DNA of 64,000 nucleotides, from NCBI GenBank assembly GCA_039798265.1, contig JBDKGH010000139.1, forward strand, positions 6,558 through 70,557, given 5' to 3'. The DNA comes from Bacteroidota bacterium. GTDB taxonomy: Bacteria > Bacteroidota > Bacteroidia > Flavobacteriales_D > Sanyastnellaceae. A model generated the notes under the pieces. The model ran no database searches, was not told the DNA's origin, and saw only the letters and a program-made list of their open reading frames with translations. Positions 48,431 through 57,007 of the stretch are shown in pieces. How positions within the stretch are numbered: the stretch's first letter is position 1; each line of letters starts with the position of its first letter. The position numbers and the translations under genes were made by a program.

Positions 48431-49483
48431 ATGAAACTAGTCGAATATTTAGAAAGCTACAATTCACGCGAATTGCGCAAGCCTTATGTGATTGCAGAAG
48501 CTGGCGTAAATCATGAAGGTTCAATGGATCTTGCCAAAAGATTGATTGATGAGGCCGCTCAAGGCGGTGCCCAAGCCATAAAATTTCAAACTTACAAGGC
48601 AGAAACAATCGCCAGTAAGGATAGTCCATACTATTGGGACATTACGAAAGAGCCTACCCGCAGCCAATTCGAGCTGTTCAAGAAATACGATAAATTTTGG
48701 AAAAAAGAGTACGAAGAGTTAGCTCGCTACTGCGAAACAGCTGGCATTGAGTTCATGAGTACTCCTTTCGATGTAGAAAGCGCTACCTTTTTGAACGACT
48801 TAATGTCTGTTTTCAAAATTTCGAGTTCAGACATCACCAATTTGCCCTTCATAGAGTACCAGTGCAGCTTTGGTAAGCCAATCATTCTTTCTACGGGTGC
48901 GGCTTACAAATGGGAAGTGATGCAAGCGGTAGAAACCATTGAAAAATATGGCAACAAGCTCTGTTTAATGCACTGTGTGTTGAACTATCCTACGATGGAT
49001 GAAAATGCAAATTTGGGTATGATCAAGGATATGATTCGCTTGTTTCCGGACGTGGTGCCGGGCTATAGCGATCATACGTTGCCAAAAGACATGCATACCT
49101 TGGAAGTGGCGACGCTATTGGGTGCTACCGTTTTGGAAAAACACTTTTCTCATGATAAAACGTTGCCGGGTAATGACCATTATCACGCAATGGATTACAA
49201 GGACCTTCAGCATTTTTGGAATAGACTCGAACGAACATTCGGTTTGTTGGGCACTTTCGAAATGAAGGCACTAGAAAGTGAGGCTCCTGCTCGTGCAAAT
49301 GCTCGTCGCAGCTTGGTAGCTGCACGCGCCATAGCAGAAGGACAAGTGATACAAGCGGCAGATCTGACTTGGAAGCGCCCTGCGAGCGGCATTTCTCCAA
49401 AAGATATTTCTCAAGTGATTGGTAAAAAAGCTTCACGTGCAATCGAAGAGGACGAAGTGATGAAGTGGCAAATGATCCATTAA
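48431..49483 (+). CDS. NeuB-family nonulosonic acid synthase (N-acetylneuraminate/pseudaminate/legionaminate synthase-like) with SAF domain
   Basis: VIAEAGVNHEGSMDLAKRLIDEAAQGGAQAIKFQTY is present, with a C-terminal SAF-like region RRSLVAARAIAEGQVI. Confidence 0.8.
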   Translation: MKLVEYLESYNSRELRKPYVIAEAGVNHEGSMDLAKRLIDEAAQGGAQAIKFQTYKAETIASKDSPYYWDITKEPTRSQFELFKKYDKFWKKEYEELARYCETAGIEFMSTPFDVESATFLNDLMSVFKISSSDITNLPFIEYQCSFGKPIILSTGAAYKWEVMQAVETIEKYGNKLCLMHCVLNYPTMDENANLGMIKDMIRLFPDVVPGYSDHTLPKDMHTLEVATLLGATVLEKHFSHDKTLPGNDHYHAMDYKDLQHFWNRLERTFGLLGTFEMKALESEAPARANARRSLVAARAIAEGQVIQAADLTWKRPASGISPKDISQVIGKKASRAIEEDEVMKWQMIH

Positions 49484-49498
49484 TTAGTCGAACATACA

Positions 49499-50791
49499 AT
49501 GAAATATACTCCCTTAAGTGCAGCGCACTATACCGCGAACAGAAGTCGTTTTGCCGCTAAAATGAAAACAGGTGGCTTGGCTATTTTTTGCAGCAATGAC
49601 ACCTATCCAACAAGTGCTGATGGACACCGTTCTTTCTGGCAAGCTTCAGACATTTTTTACCTCACTGGTGTCGATCAAGAAGAAACGATATTGGTGATTT
49701 TCCCCGATTCTTTTCATGGCATACATAAAGAAGTGCTTTTTGTAAAAGAAACGAGTGAAACAATAGCGATTTGGGAAGGAGCAAAATTGACCAAAGAACA
49801 AGCGCGTCAACGCACCGGTATTCAAGCTATTTATTGGCTTAGTGATTTTGAGCGAGTGTTACGTGGTTTATTGGCTGAAGCACAATGTGTGTACCTTAAT
49901 AATAACGAGCATACCCGTGCTCATGTTGAAGTGGAAACTCGAGAAATGCGATTCTCTAAGTGGTTTCGCGAACATTTTCCACATTATACAATTGAACGCA
50001 GCGCTCCCATCATGCATCGTTTGCGCGCCATTAAGGACAAGGAAGAAATTGCACAATTACAGCGGGCGATGGACATCACCTGTGCTGCTTTTAAGCGCGT
50101 AATGAAGTTTGTAAAGCCCGGCGTAATGGAATACGCCGTAGAAGCGGAGTATATACATGAATTTATGATCAATGGATCGCGTGGTGGTGGTTATACGCCC
50201 ATCATCGCTTCGGGTGCAAGCGCGTGCGTATTGCACTACATCGAAAATGATAAGGAGTGTAAGGATGGCGATTTGTTGTTGATGGATATAGGGGCGGAAT
50301 ACGGCTATTATAACGCTGATATGACTCGCTGCATTCCTGTAAATGGTAAGTTCTCTCCTCGTCAAAAAGAAGTGTACAATGCGGTGCTTCGAGTAATGAA
50401 AGGAGCGAAGGCCTTGTTACGTCCGGGTGTATATATGCATGAATACCACAAGCAAGTGGGAGAATTGATGACCAAAGAGTTAATCGATTTGAAATTGATC
50501 ACGGCAGAAGAGGTAGCCAATCAGCGCCCAGAGTGGCCGGCGTATAAAAAATACTTCATGCATGGCACTTCCCACTTTTTAGGACTTGATGTACACGATG
50601 TAGGCGATTGGACCATTCCTATTGAGGCTGGAAATGTATTTACAGTGGAGCCAGGAATTTATATTCCAGAAGAGGGCGTGGGCATTCGCATCGAAAACAA
50701 TATTGTCATTACTGAAAACGGAAATGATGATTTATTCAAAGATTTCCCGATTGAGGTAGAGGAGATAGAGGCTATAATGAATAGCAAATAA
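49499..50791 (+). CDS. pepP: Xaa-Pro aminopeptidase (M24B)
   Basis: It has the metal ligand pattern DIGAEYGYYNADMTR and HGTSHFLGLDVHD, then EPGIY and a C-terminal IRIEN. Confidence 0.9.
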   Translation: MKYTPLSAAHYTANRSRFAAKMKTGGLAIFCSNDTYPTSADGHRSFWQASDIFYLTGVDQEETILVIFPDSFHGIHKEVLFVKETSETIAIWEGAKLTKEQARQRTGIQAIYWLSDFERVLRGLLAEAQCVYLNNNEHTRAHVEVETREMRFSKWFREHFPHYTIERSAPIMHRLRAIKDKEEIAQLQRAMDITCAAFKRVMKFVKPGVMEYAVEAEYIHEFMINGSRGGGYTPIIASGASACVLHYIENDKECKDGDLLLMDIGAEYGYYNADMTRCIPVNGKFSPRQKEVYNAVLRVMKGAKALLRPGVYMHEYHKQVGELMTKELIDLKLITAEEVANQRPEWPAYKKYFMHGTSHFLGLDVHDVGDWTIPIEAGNVFTVEPGIYIPEEGVGIRIENNIVITENGNDDLFKDFPIEVEEIEAIMNSK

Positions 50792-50816
50792 AAAAAGGCC
50801 CGAAAGGGCCTTTTTT
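50791..50816. terminator. bidirectional rho-independent terminator
   Basis: aaaaaaggccc gaaa gggcctttttt sits between convergent genes. Confidence 0.85.
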
Positions 50817-50833
50817 CATGAACGGTTGTCATC

Positions 50834-51145
50834 TTATTCTACCACGTAAATTGTGCCTTGTTCGTGGAGGTCTTTGCCTTTTATTAAGATGAAATATTTT
50901 CCGATGGGCGCATCTTTAAAAGACACGTCAAAAGTGGTGTGCTTATCAGAAAGATGAGCCTCCTGGGTTATCACGAGGTGCGTAGAGCTGAAAACAGAAA
51001 ATTCAATATCCACTGGATTTTCTGAAACAACAGTAATTTGAGTTTCGCTATTTGTTTTGACTTCTTTGCTAGAAAGTATGATGGACACTTGTGCGCTAAG
51101 GCATTGCGTGCAAAGGGCGAAAAGTAAACTCAGAAGTAAGCGCAT
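50834..51145 (-). CDS. small secreted protein resembling a stand-alone T9SS C-terminal-domain / Ig-like beta-sandwich
   Basis: It has the signal peptide MRLLLSLLFALCTQCLSAQ. The remaining ~84 aa are beta-rich, and the end ...APIGKYFILIKGKDLHEQGTIYVVE resembles sorting-domain termini. Confidence 0.45.
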   Translation of the reverse strand: MRLLLSLLFALCTQCLSAQVSIILSSKEVKTNSETQITVVSENPVDIEFSVFSSTHLVITQEAHLSDKHTTFDVSFKDAPIGKYFILIKGKDLHEQGTIYVVE

Positions 51146-51163
51146 CTTTTTTTATTTTATCAC

Positions 51164-52252
51164 TCAAACATCGGCCGTATTTTCATTCATCGTTGGGCTT
51201 TCTCCCAATTGTTTTTCACGATTTGATTTGAAAAGTAATTTTTCACTCCGGCCTTTTTTGAACACGTTACGTCCAGGGATTTTTCCTTTGCGTAAGGCTT
51301 TTTGTTCTTCTTCTGGCAGGTGAATGACTGACTGACATTCTTCGGAACAACAATTTTCGTATTTGGCTTTGCATTCATCACATTGGATGAAAAGAATGTG
51401 GCAGCCCAAATTCATGCAATTGGTATGGTGGTCGAAAGGTTTACCACATTGGTGACATTGTGCGATAACGTCATTCGAAATCCGCTCGGCCAAGCGCTCG
51501 TCAAACACAAAGTTTACACCCTTGAACAAATTGGGAAGTTGTTGTTCTGAAGCGTCTTTGGCATATTTAATAATACCTCCTTCCAATTGGTGAACGTTTG
51601 GAAAGCCTTTGTGCTTAAGATAAGCAGAGGCTTTTTCACATCGGATACCACCTGTGCAGTACATGACAATATTCTTGTCATTTTTTCCATCGAGCATTTT
51701 TTCTACCATGCTTATTTCCTCTCGGAAAGTATCAGCATCGGGTAAAATAGCTCCTTGAAAATGCCCTACTTCACTTTCATAATGATTGCGCATGTCAATC
51801 AGAATCGTATCAGGTTGGGTGATGAGTTCATTGAATTCTTTCACCTTTAAGTGCACACCTGTATTCGACGGATCGAACGTTGGATCTTCAATACCATCGG
51901 CCACAATCTTGGTGCGCAATTTTAATTTGAGCGCGTAGAAAGATTTTCCATCATCCTCGACAGCTACATTGAGGCGAATACCATCTAGGAAGGTGATGGA
52001 AAACAAATGATCGCGGAATGCTTCAAAGGTGCGTTGTGGCACCGAGATTTGGGCGTTGATTCCTTCAGAGGCAATGTAGGTGCGACCTAATACGCCAAAT
52101 TTTTCCCAATGAAGGAAAAGGAAATCACGAAATAATGAGGGATTTTTGATGTGGTGGTACTTGTAAAAGGATACAGTCACACGTGGCTCTTTACTCTTGG
52201 CCAGTTGCTGTTTTAGAACCTTTTTGTCCACCGTGTTGTGTAGTTTTTTCAT
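51164..52252 (-). CDS. trhO: rhodanese-domain protein, UPF0176/TrhO family (tRNA U34 hydroxylase-like)
   Basis: SFYKYHHI, ASEGINAQISV, IDMRNHYESEVGHFQGA and YCTGGIRCEKASAYL are present, plus a Cys-rich C-terminal extension. Confidence 0.8.
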   Translation of the reverse strand: MKKLHNTVDKKVLKQQLAKSKEPRVTVSFYKYHHIKNPSLFRDFLFLHWEKFGVLGRTYIASEGINAQISVPQRTFEAFRDHLFSITFLDGIRLNVAVEDDGKSFYALKLKLRTKIVADGIEDPTFDPSNTGVHLKVKEFNELITQPDTILIDMRNHYESEVGHFQGAILPDADTFREEISMVEKMLDGKNDKNIVMYCTGGIRCEKASAYLKHKGFPNVHQLEGGIIKYAKDASEQQLPNLFKGVNFVFDERLAERISNDVIAQCHQCGKPFDHHTNCMNLGCHILFIQCDECKAKYENCCSEECQSVIHLPEEEQKALRKGKIPGRNVFKKGRSEKLLFKSNREKQLGESPTMNENTADV

Positions 52253-52336
52253 CGGTACAAGTGCAATTTATACGTTGAAAAAACTCTAACTGCGGGCAGT
52301 TTGAGTTTCTTATATGGGGAGCAAAGATATTGAATT

Positions 52337-53512
52337 CTAGGACTTGAGCGCAAGCCAAGCCATCAATCCCATGCCGGTAAGGAGAGATTGTTCATCAATA
52401 TCGAATCGGGAATTATGCACGGGCGCTGTTTTTTTGCCGTCAGGCGTAGCGGTTCCTAGTCGGTAAAAACAACCCGGCATCTGTTGCGAATAGTAAGCAA
52501 AATCTTCAGCAGTAGTGCGCATATCGAGAGGCACTACATTTTCTTCTCCTAAATATTCTTTGGCAGCCTCAATGGCTGAATGGGTGAGTTGTTCATCATT
52601 CATCACCACCGGATAACCAACTTCTATTCGAAAGTCAACTTCGCCACCCATACCTTCTACGAGTCCTTTAGCCAGTTGCACCATGCGAACATGAGCTTCT
52701 TTTCTCCAACTTTCAGAAAAGGTTCGGAAGGTTCCTTCGAGTTTTACTTCATTCGGAATAATATTGGTAGCTCCGTTTGCCTGCACTTTTCCGAAGGTGA
52801 GTACGGTAGGCATCTGCGGATTGGTCCATCGGGAAGCCACTTGCTGAAGGGCCACGATGAGGTGAGCGCTGATGAGTACAGGGTCAATGGCTTTATCGGG
52901 CTTTGCGCCATGACCACCTTTTCCTTTTACAGTTACGTATAGTTCATCGGTGGAAGCCATGTAAGGCCCTGGACGGAAGCCAACTTTGCCAGCAGGCAGT
53001 TCGGGAAAAACATGTTGACCGAAAATTGCTTGTGGTTTTTTTGCCTTAAAAATTCCGGCGTCAATCATGAGCGAAGCTCCTCCTGGGAGAACTTCTTCTG
53101 CAGGTTGAAAGATCAATTGTATGGTACCTTTCCACTCGTTGCGCAATTCGAAGAGAATTTTTGCTGCCCCGAGCAATGAAGCGGTATGGGCGTCATGGCC
53201 ACACGCATGCATGATGCCTTCGCGGGTGCTTTTATACACCACATCATTCTCTTCGATAATGGGTAACGCATCCATATCTGCACGCAAAGCAATCAATCGA
53301 GACTCGGGCTCTTGACCGTGGATGTAGGCGACTAGGCCATGACCAGCGATATCACTTTGCACAGCTATTCCCCATTCGGTCAATTTGGTTTTGACAAAAA
53401 GAGCGGTTTCTTTTTCTTGAAAAGAAAGCTCAGGATGTGCATGGATATGACGGCGAATAGCCGTGATTTCAGGCAACAAGGTTTGAGCTAAAGATTGAAT
53501 GCGTGTAATCAT
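52337..53512 (-). CDS. M20D-family amidohydrolase (N-acyl-L-amino-acid amidohydrolase / hippurate hydrolase-like)
   Basis: IRRHIHAHPELSFQE, LRADMDALP and MHACGHDAHT are present. Confidence 0.85.
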   Translation of the reverse strand: MITRIQSLAQTLLPEITAIRRHIHAHPELSFQEKETALFVKTKLTEWGIAVQSDIAGHGLVAYIHGQEPESRLIALRADMDALPIIEENDVVYKSTREGIMHACGHDAHTASLLGAAKILFELRNEWKGTIQLIFQPAEEVLPGGASLMIDAGIFKAKKPQAIFGQHVFPELPAGKVGFRPGPYMASTDELYVTVKGKGGHGAKPDKAIDPVLISAHLIVALQQVASRWTNPQMPTVLTFGKVQANGATNIIPNEVKLEGTFRTFSESWRKEAHVRMVQLAKGLVEGMGGEVDFRIEVGYPVVMNDEQLTHSAIEAAKEYLGEENVVPLDMRTTAEDFAYYSQQMPGCFYRLGTATPDGKKTAPVHNSRFDIDEQSLLTGMGLMAWLALKS

Positions 53513-53521
53513 GAAACCGAG

Positions 53522-54028
53522 TTATAGGTTGCTATCCAATGCACCAGTGTCTATGCTATTTTGAAGGTCGCCATATTGATATTGGGCATCGCCAAAAGCG
53601 AGAATAGGCAAGAAAATGAAAGAAAGGAAAAGCAGTCCAAGTGTGAAGCCAATGCCTTTACCAAATGCTTTACTTAGGCGATGGGTATCGAGAATACTTA
53701 TGATAAAAAGCCCCAACAGAAATATATTGTTGAGTCCTAATATATATCCAAGAGAATCGCTTCCCATTCCGTCTGACAAGACCACGACAAAAATGATTGC
53801 GGTTATAATAATGTAGATTAATGAAAAAGCGAGGTAGAGCAAAATCCACCATTTTGGACGTCTAATAATGCGGAAACAGATGATCGCATTATAGATGGGC
53901 ACAATGGCGGCCCAGCCCGGTTGGTTCGCTTTGGCGAAAATTTTCCACATCGATGAAATCATGAGAGCGATTAAACCAATGTAAAGCACAAATATGAAGA
54001 GGGCGGCTATCATTCCTGTTCCAGACAT
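53522..54028 (-). CDS. DUF5684-family membrane protein
   Basis: It has the signature WKIFAKANQPGWAAIVPIYNAI...RRPKWWILLY and four or five TM helices. Confidence 0.6.
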   Translation of the reverse strand: MSGTGMIAALFIFVLYIGLIALMISSMWKIFAKANQPGWAAIVPIYNAIICFRIIRRPKWWILLYLAFSLIYIIITAIIFVVVLSDGMGSDSLGYILGLNNIFLLGLFIISILDTHRLSKAFGKGIGFTLGLLFLSFIFLPILAFGDAQYQYGDLQNSIDTGALDSNL

Positions 54029-54046
54029 TACAATTTCAGTTGGTTT

Positions 54047-54424
54047 TTAATGACAATTACATTCTTTTTTCACGGGCAGTTTTACCTCGGCTAAAGTTAC
54101 CGTGGAATCCGTAAGGAGTATAATGTACTCGGTACTTTCGTGAAGCAGAAGGTATCTTTTGGGGGTTGATTTGGTATCGCTAGACGAAAAATCGACTTCC
54201 CCTTTGTAGCGGGCATCGTTGAAATTAGTGGTGGAAAGACCTTGGCATTCTAAGCGGCATTGAGCATGCGGAGTAACGTGCATTTTGCACTCCTGTATTT
54301 GACGCATGATTTGTTTTCCTGGCAGCCAGCCCAACCAATCGTGATTCGGGAACATCATGTACACAATAAGGCAGCCGATAGCCAGTCCGAGGCCAAATCT
54401 TAAGAATCTTTGTCTGAAATTCAT
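54047..54424 (-). CDS. membrane-anchored DUF4258-like protein
   Basis: An N-terminal TM helix is followed by TPHAQCRLECQGLS...KRYLLL, which resembles the DUF4258 HAxxRMxxRGI...RYL pattern. The protein ends in CNCH. Confidence 0.4.
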   Translation of the reverse strand: MNFRQRFLRFGLGLAIGCLIVYMMFPNHDWLGWLPGKQIMRQIQECKMHVTPHAQCRLECQGLSTTNFNDARYKGEVDFSSSDTKSTPKRYLLLHESTEYIILLTDSTVTLAEVKLPVKKECNCH

Positions 54425-54478
54425 GCAACGAATATAAGCCTGTTCGCCCCTATCTTCGCTGAACGAATTAGTTCGATT

Positions 54479-55105
54479 ATGATTCAGACAAAAGACGTTT
54501 CGTTTGCTTATCCGGGAGGCCAGTCCTTTTCGTTTCCAGAAGTGCGCTGCGCAAAAGGAGAGCAGTGGCTAATACTCGGTAAAAGTGGCACAGGAAAAAC
54601 AACATTGCTCCATCTGCTAGCGGGTATGTTGCGTCCCACTGGAGGGGAGATTTCTATCGCGGGACGCACCACTACATCGCTTTCTGATAAGCAGCTCGAT
54701 CAGTGGCGCGGAGAAAAGGTAGGTGTGATTTTTCAAACGGCCCATTTCGTAGAATCATTAACGGTGGAAGAAAATTTAATTCTTCCTTTTTTTCTTACAG
54801 GAAAAAAAATAGACCGTAACAAAGCGAAGCAACTGTTGCAGCGCTTGAATTTGGCGGATAAAGCGAGTAAAATGCCTTATCAGTTGAGTGTGGGTGAGCA
54901 ACAACGAGTGGCTATTGCGCGCGCCGTTATCCATAACCCGGAAGTGATTTTAGCAGATGAACCAACCAGTGCTCTCGATGATGTGAATGCAGAGGAGGTG
55001 ATTAAATTGCTCGAAGAACAGGCTAAAGAAAGCGGCTCGAGTTTATTGATCGTAACTCATGATCAGCGATTGAAAGACTATTTTCAAAACCGAATTACGC
55101 TATGA
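54479..55105 (+). CDS. ABC transporter ATP-binding protein (MacB/LolD-type)
   Basis: It has Walker A GKSGTGKTT, the signature LSVGEQQRVAIARA and Walker B ILADEPTSALD. ATG at 54479, since the ORF-track start is a TTG. Confidence 0.9.
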   Translation: MIQTKDVSFAYPGGQSFSFPEVRCAKGEQWLILGKSGTGKTTLLHLLAGMLRPTGGEISIAGRTTTSLSDKQLDQWRGEKVGVIFQTAHFVESLTVEENLILPFFLTGKKIDRNKAKQLLQRLNLADKASKMPYQLSVGEQQRVAIARAVIHNPEVILADEPTSALDDVNAEEVIKLLEEQAKESGSSLLIVTHDQRLKDYFQNRITL

Positions 55106-56415
55106 ACCTGCTGAAAATATCTTGGAAAAATGTAATGAGCAAACCGCTCGACCTTACGCTGAGTGCCATATTGCTTGCTTTTGGTGTGGGTATCATTTCA
55201 TTGCTTTTGTTGTTAGAAAAACAACTCACTGAAAAATTTGACCGTAACATCAAGGACATTGATATTGTTTTGGGTGCAAAAGGAAGTCCTCTTCAGCTGA
55301 TACTCGCTAACGTTTATCATGTAGATGCGCCTACAGGAAATATCAAAGTGGCCGATGCTCAAAAGGTAATTCATCACCCCACCATCAAAGAGGCTATTCC
55401 TTTGGCTTATGGCGATAACTATGAAAAGTGGCGGATTGTAGGTACCACCAAAAAGTACCCCGAGCATTATGATTGTAAAGTGAGCGAAGGAGCATTATTC
55501 GATCATCCTTTTGAAGCAACGATAGGTTCGAATGTGGCTAAGCAAACAGGACTCAAAGTGGGCGATACCTTCGAGAGTGCCCACGGCTTGGATGCCGTAA
55601 AAGAGCATGATGATCATTCGCATGACACGCCCTACAAGATTGTGGGCATTTTTGCTCAAAGCAATTCGGCGATTGATAATTTGATATTGACTCCCGTGGA
55701 AAGCGTGTGGATGATCCATCAGCACCACGACGAGGAGGCCGATCATGAAGAGACGGGTCATACGGATGAAGAAGCTCAACACGAACACGACCATGATCAC
55801 GAAGGAGAAGTTCACGATCATGATCACGAAGGAGAAGCTCATGACCATGCCCACGAAGAAGTGGATGCGATGCAGCAAGAGATGACGGCTTATTTGCTCA
55901 TTAAACGCACGCCTATGGCGCAAATGATGTTGCCTAATCTGATTAAGAACACCAATATGCAAATTGCCATTCCAGCTATTGAGATGAATCGCTTGAGTCA
56001 GAATTTTGGATTGGGAATGGAGGCGATGCGAGCAATAGCAATTCTGATAATGATTTTATCCTTTATCAGTGTGTTTATTAGCCTGTATAATTCGCTGAAA
56101 GCACGCAAGTATGAGTTAGCGCTAATGCGCACCATGGGAGGTACGAGAGGAACGCTCTTTCAGTTGATCATATTTGAAGGTCTGTGGCTGGTGTTCATCG
56201 GATTCTTGATAGGTATGGTACTGAGCAGAGTGGGATTGATCATTTTGAGCAACGCCATGGAAGATAATTTCCATTATTCCTTAACGGATATTGGCATTCA
56301 ACAGTCAGAGATCATCCTTCTCGGTGTAACTTTGTTGGTAGGAATAGTGGCTTCATTATTGCCTGCGGTTCGGGCATTCCGAATAGACATTTCAAAAACA
56401 CTTTCAAATGGTTAA
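55102..56415 (+). CDS. FtsX/MacB-type ABC permease with His/Asp/Glu-rich periplasmic insert
   Basis: TM1 is followed by a large extracytoplasmic domain of about 250 aa and three C-terminal TM helices (FtsX fold). Its ATG overlaps the ATPase stop (ATGA). Confidence 0.85.
   Translation: MNLLKISWKNVMSKPLDLTLSAILLAFGVGIISLLLLLEKQLTEKFDRNIKDIDIVLGAKGSPLQLILANVYHVDAPTGNIKVADAQKVIHHPTIKEAIPLAYGDNYEKWRIVGTTKKYPEHYDCKVSEGALFDHPFEATIGSNVAKQTGLKVGDTFESAHGLDAVKEHDDHSHDTPYKIVGIFAQSNSAIDNLILTPVESVWMIHQHHDEEADHEETGHTDEEAQHEHDHDHEGEVHDHDHEGEAHDHAHEEVDAMQQEMTAYLLIKRTPMAQMMLPNLIKNTNMQIAIPAIEMNRLSQNFGLGMEAMRAIAILIMILSFISVFISLYNSLKARKYELALMRTMGGTRGTLFQLIIFEGLWLVFIGFLIGMVLSRVGLIILSNAMEDNFHYSLTDIGIQQSEIILLGVTLLVGIVASLLPAVRAFRIDISKTLSNG
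55786..55866 (+). repeat. in-frame 27-nt tandem repeat (two near-identical units plus one degenerate unit) encoding HDHDHEGE(V/A)
   Basis: The units are cacgaccatgatcacgaaggagaagtt, cacgatcatgatcacgaaggagaagct and catgaccatgcccacgaagaagtggat. Confidence 0.85.
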
Positions 56416-56956
56416 GAAAATAGCGATCATAGGTTTGGTGCTTGCCGTATTGATTTCGGTAAGCGGATTTATTTATGGTAGCGCATCCGTTAAAGCGAAG
56501 AAAGCGGGGACATGGGGGGCAGCAACTTTTGAAAAAGTAGAAGCTCCGGTTTACACTTCATTGCCCGGCAATCCGGTTGAGGTTACTTGGAAAACCCTTG
56601 CTGATGTGCAGTTCAAAGATGTATATGTAAAAGAACTGGACGCTTATTACTGGAAACCCACTTTCGGAAGTTCTGTAAAGGCTTTAGAAAACAGAGAAAT
56701 TTATATTACCGGATATGTGATACCGGTAGATTACGACGCAAACTTTTATGTAGTGTCGAGATATCCATACGCTAACTGTTTCTTCTGTGGCGGTGGCGGC
56801 CCCGAGTCGGTTGTTGACTTGCGATTTTCAGGCAAGCCCCCTCGAGCCTACAAAACGGATGAGCGCCTGACCTTCAAAGGAAAACTGAAGCTCAATGGCG
56901 ATGATGTGTATTCTATGAATTACATCTTGCTCGGAGCAACCGAGTATAAGCCATAA
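56408..56956 (+). CDS. DUF3299-family periplasmic/anchored protein
   Basis: An N-terminal anchor is followed by ...IYITGYVIPVD...YVVSRYPYANCFFCGGGGPESVV..., which matches the DUF3299 pattern. It overlaps the permease by 8 nt. Confidence 0.65.
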   Translation: MVKKIAIIGLVLAVLISVSGFIYGSASVKAKKAGTWGAATFEKVEAPVYTSLPGNPVEVTWKTLADVQFKDVYVKELDAYYWKPTFGSSVKALENREIYITGYVIPVDYDANFYVVSRYPYANCFFCGGGGPESVVDLRFSGKPPRAYKTDERLTFKGKLKLNGDDVYSMNYILLGATEYKP

Positions 56957-56986
56957 AAAAACCGTCTCGGTTATACCGAGACGGCT
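56955..56986 (-). terminator. rho-independent terminator downstream of efp (also closes the ABC operon)
   Basis: A7 is followed by the ccgtctcgg/ccgagacgg stem. Confidence 0.7.
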
Positions 56987-57007
56987 TCATATGTTCAGCT
57001 AATTCGC

